Below, piece after piece: positions 62,900-64,000 of a stretch of DNA of 64,000 bases. A model generated the notes under the pieces. That model was not told the origin of the DNA and did no database searches. It was given only the letters and a program-made list of their open reading frames with translations. The translations under genes were made by a program, and so were the position numbers. Source of the DNA: a bacterium (GTDB taxonomy: Bacteria > Patescibacteriota > Doudnabacteria > UBA920); NCBI GenBank assembly GCA_016699995.1, contig CP064996.1:138357-202356 (forward strand). Reading direction: 5' to 3'. Positions within the stretch are counted from its first letter, which is position 1. Every line of letters starts with the position of its first letter.

Positions 62900-64000
62900 A
62901 TGAAATACCACAAGCGAGTTTTAAAAAATAAACTGACAATTATCGAAGTGCCTAGCAGCGACGCAGAAAGCGTGGTTGTAGATTTTTTTGTTAAGACTGG
63001 CTCCCGCAGCGAGAGCGCGAAAGAAAACGGTATCTCTCATTTCTTGGAACACTTTTTGTTTAAAGGGACAAAGAAATATCCAAGCGCAATGGCGATTACC
63101 GAAATCGTCGACGGCTTCGGCGGCGAAATGAACGCCAATACTGGCAAAGAACATACCCAGTATTTTATTAAGGCGCACCATAGCCGTTTGGAACAGATCT
63201 TTGAGATTCTTACCGACATGATTCAGCAGCCGCTGCTAGATAAGCCGGAGATGGAAAGAGAGAAGGGTGTCATTGTAGAAGAGATTAATATGTATAAAGA
63301 CAGTCCTCGGGCAATTGTCGGAAATTTATTAGAAGAAATTATGTGGCCAAAGCAGCCGTTAGGCCGCGACATTGCCGGAGAAGTTGCTACTGTCACGAAA
63401 TTTACCCAAGCAATGTTCCGGAGTTATTTGCAGCGCCATTATCAGACCGGGAATATTATTTTAGGCGTATCCGGCAAATATGACCGGGTTAAATTCAATA
63501 AACTGGTAAAGAAGTACTGGGATAAAATTCCATCTAAAGCCTTCGAAGGTTTTAGTTCGGCCCGCAGTCACCAGACAGCGCCACGCGTTGCTGTTCAAAA
63601 AAAAGATACGCAACAGGCTCATTTTAACTTGGCATTTAAGTCTTTCGGCTTTAATGACAAGCGCAATATAGCAGCGTCGGTGCTGTCTTCCATACTAGGA
63701 GGAGGGATGAGTTCTCGCTTATTTACAGAGATTCGCGAAAAGCGTGGCTTGGCTTACTATGTGCGCGCTGGTCAGAATCCCTACATTGATACTGGTGCTT
63801 TCGACGTGTCCGCTGGTGTCCGCGTGTCTCATTTAGAAGAGGCGATAAAAGTGACCTTAGAAGAGCTTGCTAAAATTGCTCATGGCAATATCGACAAGAA
63901 GGAATTGCAAAAAGCCAAAGAGTACTTAAAAGGCAAGACTACCTTGTACTTAGAAGATAATCAGTCGCGTTTGGATTGGTTCCTTCAGCAGGTGGCTTTT
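62900..64000 (+). CDS. M16 family zinc peptidase (pitrilysin/insulinase-like), partial, continuing beyond the window
   Basis: The N-terminal 'GSRSESAKENGISHFLEHFLFKGT' contains the inverted zinc motif HxxEH. There is no in-frame stop before the window end. Confidence 0.6.
   Translation, partial: MKYHKRVLKNKLTIIEVPSSDAESVVVDFFVKTGSRSESAKENGISHFLEHFLFKGTKKYPSAMAITEIVDGFGGEMNANTGKEHTQYFIKAHHSRLEQIFEILTDMIQQPLLDKPEMEREKGVIVEEINMYKDSPRAIVGNLLEEIMWPKQPLGRDIAGEVATVTKFTQAMFRSYLQRHYQTGNIILGVSGKYDRVKFNKLVKKYWDKIPSKAFEGFSSARSHQTAPRVAVQKKDTQQAHFNLAFKSFGFNDKRNIAASVLSSILGGGMSSRLFTEIREKRGLAYYVRAGQNPYIDTGAFDVSAGVRVSHLEEAIKVTLEELAKIAHGNIDKKELQKAKEYLKGKTTLYLEDNQSRLDWFLQQVAF

Noticed and set aside
1-64000. rRNA genes, CRISPR arrays, transposase/IS elements, prophage structural genes
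   Set aside because: None found on inspection. The only recombinase is a Xer-like tyrosine recombinase. No terminal inverted repeats, cas genes or short spacer-containing arrays are evident.

Overview
This 64 kb window reads as a gene-dense chromosomal segment from a small-genome bacterium, with mixed housekeeping and cell-envelope genes, no rRNA and no CRISPR. The giant repeat-rich surface protein, the class II GlyRS and the short genes point to a Patescibacteria/CPR-like or similarly reduced lineage; that assignment is inference only. All coordinates I derived by counting bases (tRNAs, terminators, promoters, small ORFs) may be off by about 2 nt in places.

Recognisable core genes, in order:
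- holA-like DNA polymerase III delta subunit.
- typA/bipA.
- malate:quinone oxidoreductase divergent from an isocitrate dehydrogenase.
- a DEAD-box RNA helicase.
- an ECF sigma/anti-sigma pair.
- an MsbA-like ABC exporter.
- an RluB-type pseudouridine synthase.
- a P-type cation ATPase.
- a tRNA-dihydrouridine synthase.
- a XerC/D-family tyrosine recombinase.
- rpsO, then an inserted ORF, then pnp.
- an APH-family kinase.
- tgt.
- a class II glycine-tRNA ligase.
- a partial M16 peptidase running off the end.

Five tRNA genes are present: three tRNA-Arg, and one tRNA-His.

The dominant feature is a single 16,083-nt ORF (15185..31267, 5,360 aa). That is one quarter of the window. Its architecture is:
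- a signal peptide;
- an acidic low-complexity linker;
- an N-terminal module with a PATR-like tryptophan motif and a GLUG-type lead module;
- about 50 glycine-rich GLUG-like repeats (GGLVG.N.G.I.NSY.TG.V followed by GGAGGAGG runs);
- a conserved junction module;
- 13 tandem FN3-like repeats of 89 aa, with near-identical 267-bp DNA units;
- a poly-Gly hinge;
- four C-terminal repeats of about 60 aa.

A small HTH protein is translationally coupled upstream of it, behind a sigma70-like promoter and a palindromic operator-like site. A basic protein with a possible PD-(D/E)xK core and a stop codon inside its terminator loop follows downstream.

Other items worth a second look:
- an N-terminally truncated family I pyrophosphatase-like gene directly downstream of tRNA-His;
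- a convergent ABC exporter / small Cys-containing ORF / C39-like peptidase trio;
- an M23 peptidase fused to FG-GAP-like blades that ends in GGGWWWNN;
- a membrane protein with eight perfect 7-aa (21-bp) acidic repeats;
- a PNPase with a C-terminal RGG-type tail;
- several genes with a TGGTATAAT extended -10 placed 7-9 nt before the start codon, which would make them leaderless candidates;
- a 27-aa hydrophobic micro-ORF with its own promoter and terminator.
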